Shown here one piece after another: positions 23,954 to 34,509 of a stretch of DNA of 36,398 nucleotides. Every line of letters begins with the position of its first letter. Within the stretch, counting starts at the first letter, position 1. The position numbers and the translations under genes are program-made. The notes beneath the pieces were generated by a model, which was not told the origin of the DNA, did not search any database, and saw only the letters and a program-made list of their open reading frames with translations. Source of the DNA: Octopus bimaculoides. Lineage: Eukaryota. The DNA is taken from contig NC_068992.1 of NCBI RefSeq assembly GCF_001194135.2, positions 11,600,897-11,637,294 on the forward strand. Reading direction: 5' to 3'.

Positions 23954-24019
23954 GAATCGAAACCGCAATCCTATGACCGTGAGTCTGCTGCCCTAACCAC
24001 TGGGCCATTGTGCCTCCAC
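23954..24019 (-). mobile_element. Isolated family D tRNA-like head
   Basis: 63/66 identical to 23693-23758; no body follows. Confidence 0.85.
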
Positions 24020-24354
24020 CAAGCTATCATACGCAATACTTAATCAGTTTTATAAATATGTTCTTTAGCTAAAATTCATTGCTTTTTTTTTCTATTTTCT
24101 TTCCTTCATAGTATTTACAAATTTACTTATTGCTAAACTATCTTCAAAATTTATTTACACAAGGCTCTTTACTGTCTAGCTCTCATTGTTTTTCTTCTGA
24201 CATTTTTTCTCTTTTTTTTCCTTACTTTTATTTTCTTTTTTTGTTTTTTTTGTTTTGTCTATAAAGAGTTACTATGAATAAAAGCTTGCCGACTAAGTTG
24301 CGTAGCAAAATATATCCACCGAAAATAATACTGACCAGCACCGACCGCCACCCG

Positions 24355-24725
24355 CGATGACCACCACCACCGTCGTTATTATTGACAGCACAACTAAAAA
24401 TACCAACATTATTACTTCTAGTATCATTACAAAGTTAAACAAAACCACCACCCCTACCACCACCATCACCACCACCACCACCACCGCCATCGTCACCATC
24501 ATCATCATCATCATCAAACCGCTACCTTCAACGTCACCTTCACTGCCATCATCCATATCAAAATACAGGCCATCATTTCCAAACAAGCACCAGACTCCAG
24601 TACCAACACCGCTACCATCCCCTCTACTCTGAGTGACACTACCACCGCTACTACCACTACCATCATCACCAACTCCACCACCACCATCACCACCACCACC
24701 ACCACTGCCTCCGCCGCTGCCATCA
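24355..24725. repeat. Degenerate (ACC/CCA/ATC)n trinucleotide tract
   Basis: Directly visible. Confidence 0.85.
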
Positions 24726-24741
24726 ACTCTATTACTGCTAT

Positions 24742-25177
24742 ACTCTTTTCTCTCTTTTTACTCTTTTACTTGTTTCAGTCATTTGACTGTGGCCATGCTG
24801 GAGCACCGCCTTTTTTAGTCAAGAAAATCGGCCCCAGGACTTATTCTTTGGAAGCCTAGTACTTATTCTATCAGTCTGTTTTGCCAAACCACTAAGTTAC
24901 GGGGACGTAAACACACCAGCATCGGTTGTCAAGCGAAGCTGGAGGAACAAACACATACACACAAACATATACACACACATACATACATATATATATATAT
25001 ATATACATATATACGATGGGCTTCTTTCAGTTTCCGTCTACCAAATCCACTCACAAGGCTTTGGTCGGCCCGAGGCTATAGTAGAAGATACTTACCCAAG
25101 GTGCCACACAGTGGGACTGAACTCGGAACCATGTGGTTGGTAAGCAAGCTACCTACTACACAGCCACTCCTGCACCT
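24742..25177 (-). mobile_element. SINE family A, near full length, low divergence
   Basis: Collinear with 5938-6348. Confidence 0.9.
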
Positions 25178-25559
25178 ATTAGTACAGAGGTTACCAACAT
25201 CAGTATTACCATTGAGTCAAGCCCTCCCCCACCACCACCACCACTGCAACCATCATCATCATTATCACTAACATGAAAAAAATTACTAATATAAATTTTT
25301 GTAGATAATTTAGTTTTATTTTTCTTCTTGTGTGCTTTTTCTTCTATTTATTGTTTTCATTTCCTGGTTTTAGATTTTGGTGAATTGTTAAATGCATTTT
25401 GTTTAGTGTAGCTGTCTTTCCTATGACACAATTATCTTCTTAAACCATCTAATAGAATACAGAGTCACCCAAATAATTTAGAATTAAATTTGCTGGTATT
25501 AAATAAGGAACGAAAATCAATAGAATGATGGAAATGTGGTCTGGAAAATGAAATAAAAT

Positions 25560-25960
25560 AAAATAAATGAAAACAAGAAAAAGGAAAAAAAAAATGGGAA
25601 GAAGTGGGGGGAAGAGGTTAGGGGGGATGATGGGGTTGAGAAGAAGCAACAACAAAAAGGGGGAAAAACTGAAGGAAAATGTGAGAAAATATGAAGGGAA
25701 AAAGCAAGTAATTGAAGATGAAGAAGGAAAGGAAAGAGAAAAGGAGAGAGAGAGAGAGAGAGGGGGTGAGGAAAAGATGGAGAGGAAGAAGGAGTAGAGA
25801 AGGAAAGAAGAGAAAAAAGAAAAGAAGCAAAGGAGAAGAATGAAGGAGGTGAAAATAGAAATGTAGAATGAGGTGAAGAGGGTGAGGATATCGGTAAGTA
25901 GAGAGAGAGAGACTCTTGACTGAGAGACAGAAGAGGAAGGTGAGGGGGAATGGAAAAGGG
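25560..25960. repeat. Polypurine (A/G-rich) low-complexity tract
   Basis: About 400 nt, overwhelmingly A/G on the + strand. Confidence 0.85.
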
Positions 25961-26030
25961 TGTGGGGTGACAATTAAATGACACCTATTTTTTTTTTTGT
26001 CTGTTTGTTTTTCCTTCAATAACAAACAAG

Positions 26031-26453
26031 ATCAGGGAACAGTAAGAGGAGATGAAGATGATGGGAGGAGTACTGGTGATGATGGTGGCGACAGTGGTGG
26101 TGACGGCAGTGGTGGTGGTGGTGGTGGTGGTTATTGTGGTGATGGTGGTGGTTGTGGTGGCGTTGGTGGTGGTTGTGGTGGCATTGGTGGTGGTGGCGGC
26201 GGCGGCGGCGGTATTGGTGGTGGTGGTGATGGTGGTGGAAGTGGTATTGGTGGTGGAAGTGGTATTGGTGGCGGAAGTGGTATTGGTGGTGGTGGTGATG
26301 GTGNNNNNNNNNNNNNNNNNNNNNNNNNNNNNNNNNNNNNNNNNNNNNNNNNNNNNNNNNNNNNNNNNNNNNNNNNNNNNNNNNNNTGGTGGTGGAAGTG
26401 GTATTGGTGGTGGTGGTGGTGGTGCAGGAGAAAGATTTCCTGATCATCTGTAG
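26031..26453 (+). CDS. Candidate Gly-rich terminal exon (DQGTVRGDEDDGRSTGDDGGDSGG...GIGGGS repeats...GAGERFPDHL*), or a degenerate (GGT)n microsatellite
   Basis: Long pyrimidine tract then first AG at 26029-26030. The GGN frame is stop-free on both sides of an 83-N gap; continuity needs the gap size to be off by -1/+2. Phase 1 matches the candidate exon at 21012-21065. Confidence 0.22.
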
Positions 26454-26924
26454 ATAACACTGAATTTAATTCACTTGCTTAAACAATATATCATTTTCAA
26501 GATAAATACATAAATTAAAACAATTCTTGAAAAATATAAAACAAATGTAAAGACGAAAATAAAAAAAAAAACAAAACAAAATAATTAAACAGAAACAAAA
26601 GCTTATTTTTTGGTTTGTGTTATAACTGTTATAGCTGTTGTTGTTAGTTTTGTTGTTCCTTGGAACTGCTTTCTCAGCACACAATTCCAAACAGAGCTGT
26701 ATAGCATATTCAAAATATCAACACCAGATGTCAAACTTTATTTATTTATATTGTGTTTTTTTGACGGAACAGTCAATTTCTTTATTAACCATATAAGGTT
26801 AATGTCAAACTTTATTGTAGTGGGGAACTATCAGTTTATTCTTTTCTTGATTTGAAATTAGTTTTTTTTAGTTCAACTCCACGGTGGGTGTTTCTAGGAT
26901 CTTTTATCGTTCCTTCTGTGCTTT

Positions 26925-27138
26925 TTTTACCATTTTTAGTCAATAATTTGTGGCCATGCTGGGACATCCCTTTGAAGAATTTGATGGAAAAAAATTGCCA
27001 CTTCACCTATCTAGTTCTCTTTTTTTAAACTCTGACAGTCTCTTTAACCGAACTATTAAGTTATGAGGATGTAAACAAACTAACACAGGTTGTCAAGTGA
27101 TGGAGGACAAATACAGCACAAAGACACACACACACACT
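26925..27138 (-). mobile_element. SINE family A, diverged 3' half
   Basis: TGGCCATGCTGG ... GGTTGTCAAG ... CACACACA matches 5970-6150. Confidence 0.75.
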
Positions 27139-27139
27139 C

Positions 27140-27686
27140 ACCAAACTGAGAACACCATGTTCATTACCACACTGTTATGCTTCCGTTCATCTTCCCACAC
27201 AGGCTCAAACTCAACACAGAGGCCTACATTAAGTGCCTGGAGGAGGTAATGTTGTCCTAGGTAAAGAGGGTGGCTGCTGGATGGCCCTATGTCTGGCAAC
27301 AGGACTCTGCACCATGCCACACACCCACCACCCATAACATCTGGACACCTAACTTCCCAGACTGCAACCCCCTTGATTATTATGTGTGGTGCCCAGTTGA
27401 ACAAGAAACCAACAACACTCCTTGTAACACCAAAGATGAACTGAAGGCAAGGATTATGGCAGCATTTACCAACTTAAACAAGGAGACCATCCAGAAGAAT
27501 TGTAGGAGATTCTGAAGTCATCTGGAGACCGTGGTTGGAGCCAACGGGGCTTTTATTGAATAAATTTATTCTTTAATATTTCAAGATATTTTTATGTAAT
27601 TTCAGTAAAATCATCTGTTAAAATGAGATGTCAGTGTTATTTTCATTTTTTGGTAAATTAGATGACAATTTATTCACTGCAACCTG
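27140..27686 (+). mobile_element. Tc1/mariner (IS630-Tc1-mariner) transposon, 5'-truncated, degenerate transposase C-terminus
   Basis: Translation VWQQDSAPCH...WTPNFPDCNPLDYYVW (cf. QQDxAPxH / WPxxSPDLNPxD catalytic motifs), followed by ...CAACCTG|TA resembling a mariner TIR end plus TA TSD. Confidence 0.88.
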
Positions 27687-27960
27687 TATGTATGTGTGTT
27701 TGTGCATGTGTGTGTGATTCTCAGATCCAAAGATCGAAGTGAAAGATGTTTGTTAGCTTCGGTAAGTTAATTTTGTATTCCTTTATGACAATGTAACCTT
27801 CATATAATTAAGGTATCTTTGACTGGATGTGTAGCTAGGTGAGTAGCCCTCTTTGAGGAATTATTACATCAGAGGATCTAGCTAGGAAATATATGTAGCT
27901 GAGATCTTATCTATCAATCTATCTATCTATCTATCTATCTATATTTATATATATATATAT

Positions 27961-28082
27961 ATAAACTGTAGAAATCTTGCTGGGTCAGGTTGGAGCCGGT
28001 GCAGCCTCCTGGTTTGCCAGTCCTCAATCAAACCAACCAGCCCATGCCAGCATGGAAAGCAGATGTTAAACAATGATGATGA
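27961..28082 (+). mobile_element. Family C 3' fragment
   Basis: CTGTAGAAATC..GC...TTGGAGCC..GTGCAGCC...CCCATGCCAGCATGGAAAGC..ATGTTAAACAATGATGATG. Confidence 0.8.
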
Positions 28083-28084
28083 CC

Positions 28085-28235
28085 ACACACACACACACAC
28101 ATGCATATACATATGTGTATATATATATATGTATGTATGTATGTGTTTGTGTCTTTGTTTCTGTGTCTGCCTCCCACCACTGCTTGATAACCGGTGTTGG
28201 TGTGTTTATGTCCCTATAATTTATCAGTTCTGTAA
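28085..28235 (+). mobile_element. SINE family A, microsatellite plus 3'-half fragment
   Basis: GCTTGATAACCGGTGTTGGTGTGTTTATGTCCC matches 13095-13130. Confidence 0.7.
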
Positions 28236-28273
28236 TTTGTTAAGCCTGACATTATTTAGCTTCTCTAAGTTAG

Positions 28274-28416
28274 ATCTCACCGCTTCTACAAAAGATATGA
28301 CCACCAAAGCCTCAACAAATAACCCCTACCATGCCACCTATGTCTTAAAAATTCCCTCATTTTCTGAAACTTTCTTCAGGTCTAGAAGAGAGCCAGAAAT
28401 CAGTCTTGCAAATTAG
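28274..28416 (+). CDS. Candidate exon: (D)LTASTKDMTTKASTNNPYHATYVLKIPSFSETFFR[SRREPEISLAN*]
   Basis: TTCTCTAAGTTAG acceptor, phase 1, open to TAG, possible donor at 28380. No homology recognised. Confidence 0.2.
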
Positions 28417-29714
28417 CAATGTATTCGTTAATTACAAGTTGTTTCAACTAATTACTATGGTAACTTATTTGTACTCAAGATCACAGTACCTATTTTCTGC
28501 TATGTAATTAAAACCAGAGAAAACTGAGTGTGTCGGTCATGAATACTTGACTGAAGCAAGAAGGATACACCCCATTAACCCTTCGGATGACAATTTAACA
28601 TCCTATCACTGTGTATCAGTATTTCTTCTTACGCTAAGAGAAACCAAGCAACATCAAGCAATTTAATCATAAATGTGACTAGACTTCAGAAGTTTATGTA
28701 CAAGATACAAGCAGTAAATTATGTTATTTTCACAAGCAAAATACAAAGTTGCAAGGAAATAGTAGGAAATGTTTTTCTAATAAAACACGATGCCATCATT
28801 AACAAGCTACATCTGGAAGTAAATACACTAGTTTCTAAGACCTGAAATAATGTTAGTGGGGTTGAGGTTAGTCATTTGACTATAATCTATACTATTTCTT
28901 TATTTGTATGTCTTAGTATATATAGTGGCCAGAAACAAGTACCAGTTATAGGAATATTTCCCCCGAGAACTGACTGCTGTCCTATCTAGCTGGATTGATT
29001 TGAAATCATTTTGGCTGGGGTAACTGAATCAAGATCTCAGTATTAACTTTATGCAACCCTCTCAACAACACTTCTTTTTAAAGGGTCACTGAATTCTTAT
29101 CAGCAAGGCCTATTGATACACAGTCAAACTGGTATATTAGTCCAGGGCCCCTAAAATTAGGAAAAAATCTCATGGTTTTTTTTTTTTTTAATTTTGAGAG
29201 GATCTCTCATTTCTCCAAGGGTCCAAAATAAAAGAGAAAAAAACCCTTGCAAACTATCTCTCAAAGGCCCTCCTGCCTATCAGCCTTCATTCAGGCGTCT
29301 TTAGAACATTTTAAATATTACTATGAAACATTCTGGAATGGTTTCCTTCTCAAAATACTGAAAACAGAGAAGCATCATCTTTACAAGTTCTGTAGAGACA
29401 CTTTCCATTATAATATTGACATATTCAATCAATGTTTATGTAGTAACATCTAAACAATTTCTCTCATCATCTTTGTCATTCTCATCATCATCATCATTAC
29501 TATCATCGCCAACCTTACCATTATCAGAAAGATCCAGAGTGATTTCAGTTTTTTTTTCCTTAAAATATTCTAATTTTCATACCTAATTGTGTACTTTCTT
29601 AGAAATGCTCTTATCATTACATCAGAAAGTATGACGATGTCCACTTAATAAAATGGCTAAAAATGATATCAGCCATTTTGCTTGCTGTTTTTTGTTTTCT
29701 TTCTGTTTGTTAGT

Positions 29715-29850
29715 TATATCATATTGGCAAAGTTATTTGAGCTTTGGATAGAATGCCTCACAGTTTTTGGTTCAATTCTTTGTACTCTGAGTTTAAATTA
29801 AACTAAAATCAACTTTGCTTTGCATCTACTTGATAAAATTGTACCAATCG
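29715..29850 (+). mobile_element. SINE family B, highly degenerate fragment
   Basis: CTCTGAGTTTAAATT...CAACTTTGCTTTGCATC...GATAAAATTGTACCA resembles 15160-15230. Confidence 0.45.
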
Positions 29851-30112
29851 AAGGTGGTGAATAGATGAAAAAATATTAAATTATTGAGAAGGATATTTTG
29901 TAGAATCTGCTCTGGGTTTTTATATTTCAATAGCAATGCATATGATGGCATTGGTGCCAAAATGTATTTTGCTTCTAAGGTGGCAATCTTTCCCTTAAGA
30001 CAGCATCAATACTATAGAAGTGGGGAAATTCTCCTGCTTGAGCAACTGCTTATCTTCCACAAAAGGACTTACCTACACTGTGCATTACAGGGAATCAGAT
30101 ACATTATTCAAT

Positions 30113-30465
30113 GAAGACACATGACTCAGTGGTTCAGGTACTCAGTCATGATCTTAAGGTCATGAGTTCAATTCTTACCAGCACATTGTGCCCTTAAGCA
30201 AGACACTTTATTTCACACTGCTCCAGCTGGCTAAAGTGAGTTGTACCTGTAATTCAAAGTGGGCCAACCATATCACATTCTGTGTCATGCTGAATCCCAC
30301 TGAGAACTACATTAAAGGTACATGTGTGTGCATGTCTCTCGAGTATTCAGCCACTTGCACGTCAATTTCATGAGTAGGCTGTTCTGTTGACCAAAACAAC
30401 TGCAACCCTTGTCACCATAACCAACAGAGTTCCAATTACACTGGTCAGCCAAACTGACAGAGAAC
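30113..30465 (+). mobile_element. SINE sharing the family D central domain but with a different head/linker
   Basis: TGACTCAGTGGTT ... GAGTTCAATTC head, then CCTGTAATTCAAAG...TGTGTCATGCTGAATC...GAGAACTAC.TTAAAGGTACATGTG, homologous to the minus strand of 23470-23560. Confidence 0.75.
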
Positions 30466-31353
30466 CAGTTTTTTTCTTCATCACATAATTATTTTCAGTT
30501 TGCCTTCTGATGCTCTTTGCATTTTTAACATTAATTAAATGCATTAAAAGCCAATGAGTAAAAAAATATGTCAAATCAAAGTTATGATTGAGTGTTTGAA
30601 AATGCAATGAACCCAAATTGTGGAATTTTCTGTTTAGTGTCTAACTGCTATGAAGGAGCTTCTTACAAAAATATATATTTGAGGAGAATATAACAGTCTA
30701 TACATTGTTGTGTTCTTACAAAGATATATTCAAGGAGAGAGTGAAAGTAATTGTATTGGTGGAACATGGCAGAATGTTTACAAGGAAATAATGTAGGAGA
30801 ATACATTTCCACCAGTTGTGGATTTGGGACTTAAAAGTCATATGTATTGTAATATAACATGATTTTATACAGCTCAAATGATGTTGAAAAATATATATCA
30901 GGCATTAATTGTGGGGTTATCTGTAATGCTATCCAATGGGAAATGTGTTTCTCATCAGCATCAAGTTAAAAAAAAAAAACGGTTTTAAACATTTGTCCAA
31001 TGAAACATTGAGGTTCGTGAAAAGATTAAAATTTTTTTTAATGCTTATACAGGCCCTTCATTAAACCAAATGCCAAAAGAATCACATCAACTGAAATGTC
31101 AAAGTTGGATATCACTTTGCAATAGGTTTGACTGTTTTTTTGGAGATTTATAGCAAGACTAAATTTGAAAGTCAAAAATGATCACCACCAACACCGCCAC
31201 TGCCACCACCTCCATCACCAACACCACTACTGCCACCACCACCTCCACTACCATCACATTCCATTTATATTTTACAACAGTTATCTACATACTGTTCACT
31301 TAGATAATGCTCACATAGTCAGTAATCTTGCCTTCTCTTCAATTTTCTCTCAG

Positions 31354-31416
31354 CAGAGAATAAAAGAATCAGAAGAAAACAAAGAAAAAGATAAGGCATT
31401 TTTACAATCAGAGAAT
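31354..31416 (+). CDS. Candidate internal exon: QRIKESEENKEKDKAFLQSEN
   Basis: Long pyrimidine tract plus CAGCAG tandem acceptor, AAT|GTATGT consensus donor, 63 nt, phase 0 to phase 0. Confidence 0.4.
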
Positions 31417-32089
31417 GTATGTTGCATGATATATAGAAGTTGATTCCAAAATCTCTTTAAAAGGAAAATAATAACCAATTATAGATAAAGAGGTAAGAAC
31501 TGAATGCTGATATTAGAGAAAAAAGAAAAAGAGAACACAGAAATAGTTCAAGTGATAATAGACAACAATATTGAATATAGTGATGTCGTTTTACTTCTTT
31601 TCATTTCCAAACCAAAGTATCTTTATAGTGAGTGCGAGAAGGAGAACGATTCTCTGTGCCATAAACCAATGAACCAGTGTCTGATTCAATAATATAGTAG
31701 CAACAAGTACATTCTACCGATAATGGCATCGTTGCAGAACTAGAATCTCAAACTATTGCTTGTCATGATCTAGAGAAATATGTAATAGACATTCTAAATT
31801 CTTAGAATTCTTTGAATCCTGAGAGTTTTTCTAAATAAATGTCAAACTTGTTATATTTGCTCAAATTGGAAGAAATGCACTGGGCAGCCAGTCAACTAGT
31901 TAGATGGTAGTATATTTTAATTCTGAGATCATGAGTTCATATTGTGTTTCAGTTGCTGTTCTTGAGTAAGAAATTTTGTCCCATTTTCCCAGCATGAAAT
32001 TTCATTTAACATGTAATACTCAAAAATTATTCTGCAGAATTATCTAATTTTGATTTAAAACTATCATGTTAAACTTGTCATCTAGGATT

Positions 32090-33351
32090 TCAGTTTACAA
32101 AATATACAGAAATTGAGAAGAGAATGAATGGAGATATGCAGCCAGTCCAATCTCAACAACAAGAAAGTAAAGTAGCAGAGGATTATTGAACACAAAAGAC
32201 ACTGTTAATACTGTGATACTGGGCCTGAAAAATTATGTTGTGCAGACTAAAGAAGGAATACTATTGGCAGCTAGAGATACCAAGCAAAATGATTGAAACA
32301 ATAAGAAGATTTAATGAGAAAAGGAAGAACAACAGAGCAAACAAATGCAAAGAAATAGAACATGTCTGATTCCAAGAATGTTGGAAATAAAGATCATTAT
32401 CTCTGGTTGATGAACAGGAACTTGAAATGAGAGACAAAACTGCTAATTATAGCTTTATCTTTATTGGCCCTAAGAACAAACCAGATAAAGGCAATGATTG
32501 ACAAAACCCAGTCAGACAGCAAATGTAGAATCTGAAGGAAAGGAGAAGAAAGTATCAATCACCTTTTGAGTGAGTGCAGCACACTAGCAAAAAAAAAGAG
32601 TATAAATGCAGACATGACAGTGTGGACAAAAGAGCACATTTGGTGTTAGCCATGTGTGTGGCTTCAAAACAACAGAAAAGGGCATGAACATGAACCAGAG
32701 GCTATGATATGAAATCAAAATTACAAGATTCTGTGAGTTATCCCATGAAAACTGACCATAAGACTGATGCAAGAAAACTGGATATGATCATAGAGGACAA
32801 AATAAACTATCAGAGTAAGATCATAGATTTTGAAATTCGCTATGATAGCAAAGTTGATTCCAAAATGTAAACATGTACATTGGTATAAAAGATGGGCTAC
32901 AGCAAATATTCTGCTCAATATCACAGATTTACTTGTTAGTCGCTTGACATTAACCAATTGAGTATGTCACTTGGTGGCTGACAATATGTACATCTCTGAT
33001 CATGAGCAGAAGTAGTGGGGGAACATCATAGCCATGTGTTGAGAGGAATTCTTTGGGGTTTGGATAATTCACCTCTGGAAACATGGGTATTTTGTTCAAC
33101 ACCCTTAACCCTTATTCAGGGACCTTTTGAGCAAGATAAGCTACTCAACCTGGAGAAAATTCTAATTGGGCCCCACCTGCAAGGTCATGCACTGTTAATG
33201 TTAATATGAGATCACCATATTGTGCACATATGGTTGCGATGCATGTGCCTAGTGTACCCTTATCAGACAGGTAGTCATGAGGGCCATACTGGACTTCGTA
33301 TATTTCACCCCAGTGTCACTTTGATGGCATGCACTGCTCTCTCACTCAAGA
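32090..33351 (+). mobile_element. Decayed R4/Dong-type non-LTR retrotransposon 3' portion (post-RT region, CCHC finger, restriction-like endonuclease, 3' UTR)
   Basis: Broken-frame translation: GLLNTKDTV..GLKNYV..EGILLAAR; ALRTNQIKAMIDKTQSDSKCRI*RKGEESINHLLSECSTLAK..EYKCRHD; ARKLDMIIEDK..IIDFEIRYD; ..HVLRGIL. These follow the motif order of RLE-clade LINEs. Ends directly in (AAT)n. The 5' boundary is approximate. Confidence 0.85.
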
Positions 33352-33401
33352 ATGATAATAATAATAATGATAATAATAATCATAATAATAATAACAACAA
33401 C

Positions 33402-33462
<61 letters not shown>

Positions 33463-33482
33463 GTAATAATAATAATAGTAAT
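33352..33482. repeat. (AAT)n microsatellite at the LINE 3' junction
   Basis: Directly visible. Confidence 0.95.
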
Positions 33483-33799
33483 AAAATTATTCAAATATAT
33501 TAAGACTTTAAAAATGTGAACACTGCACATTGTATATAGAATACAAATATACATAACTCATATGTACACAACATATATGTAACAAAACATAACAACATAT
33601 ACACACAGATATACATACAGTATGAATAAACATAACAACATGTACACAACACATAAGTATAGACAATATAAATATATATGAATTCTATTAAATATTTCCA
33701 TACTTAAAGAAAGAGAAAAGGAAATCTTGTAATGGTTACTGACAGCAATTAATTTGCCATAAAGAATCAAATCAGAAGCTTTAGGACGTCAAGTCCATA

Positions 33800-34123
33800 T
33801 GGTGTTGTTGATGATGATGATGATGATTATTACAATAAGGATAGTGGTGGTGGTCGTGGTGGTTGTGATGATGGTGGTGCTGGTGATGATAACAACAAGG
33901 ATAATCGTGATAGTGATTGTGATGATGATGATGATGATGATGACAATGATGGTGATGATAACGATGATGATGATGATTATGATAGAGTAGTAGTGGTGGT
34001 AGTGACGACGAGAATGATAATGATGATGGGGAGGAGGAGGAGGAGGAGGAGATGACAACGACAATAAAGACACTGATAATGATGACGACAACAACGATAA
34101 TGACAACAATGACAACAATGACA

Positions 34124-34158
<35 letters not shown>
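33800..34158. repeat. Degenerate (GAT/GGT/GAC)n trinucleotide tract
   Basis: Directly visible. Confidence 0.9.
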
Positions 34159-34509
34159 CTTGTAATTACCAGAAAGCCACTAGTTGGCAATTCAAAGAGT
34201 TAATTAACCTTCTAATCTAATATGGCCTTCTCTTCAAACACACAAGCAAATACCTCAGAAGTTGTTTTAGTAATTTTTAACCAAGACCACAAACATCTAT
34301 GAATGAGTGAATGGTTATAAATGAGAAGCTTTCTCTCAGTTCGGTTTTAGATCATGGTTTTACATTTTCTGGTTTGTATTCATTAACTAAGACAGATTAA
34401 TCTCCTCAACTTAAAGGACCAGATTAATCAATGCAAGGCATAGATTTCAACAGCTTCAAAGATACTTATACATAAAGACAATTAAATGCAATAAAATAAA
34501 TTAAAATGA

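Noticed and set aside
24293-24632. Thr/Pro-rich (+) and Val/Met-rich (-) ORFs resembling mucin or membrane proteins
   Set aside because: Explained by a degenerate trinucleotide tract; no convincing splice context.
31485-31492. 8-nt micro-exon before GTAAGA
   Set aside because: Would need a ~68-nt upstream intron with a poor pyrimidine tract and would shift the frame.
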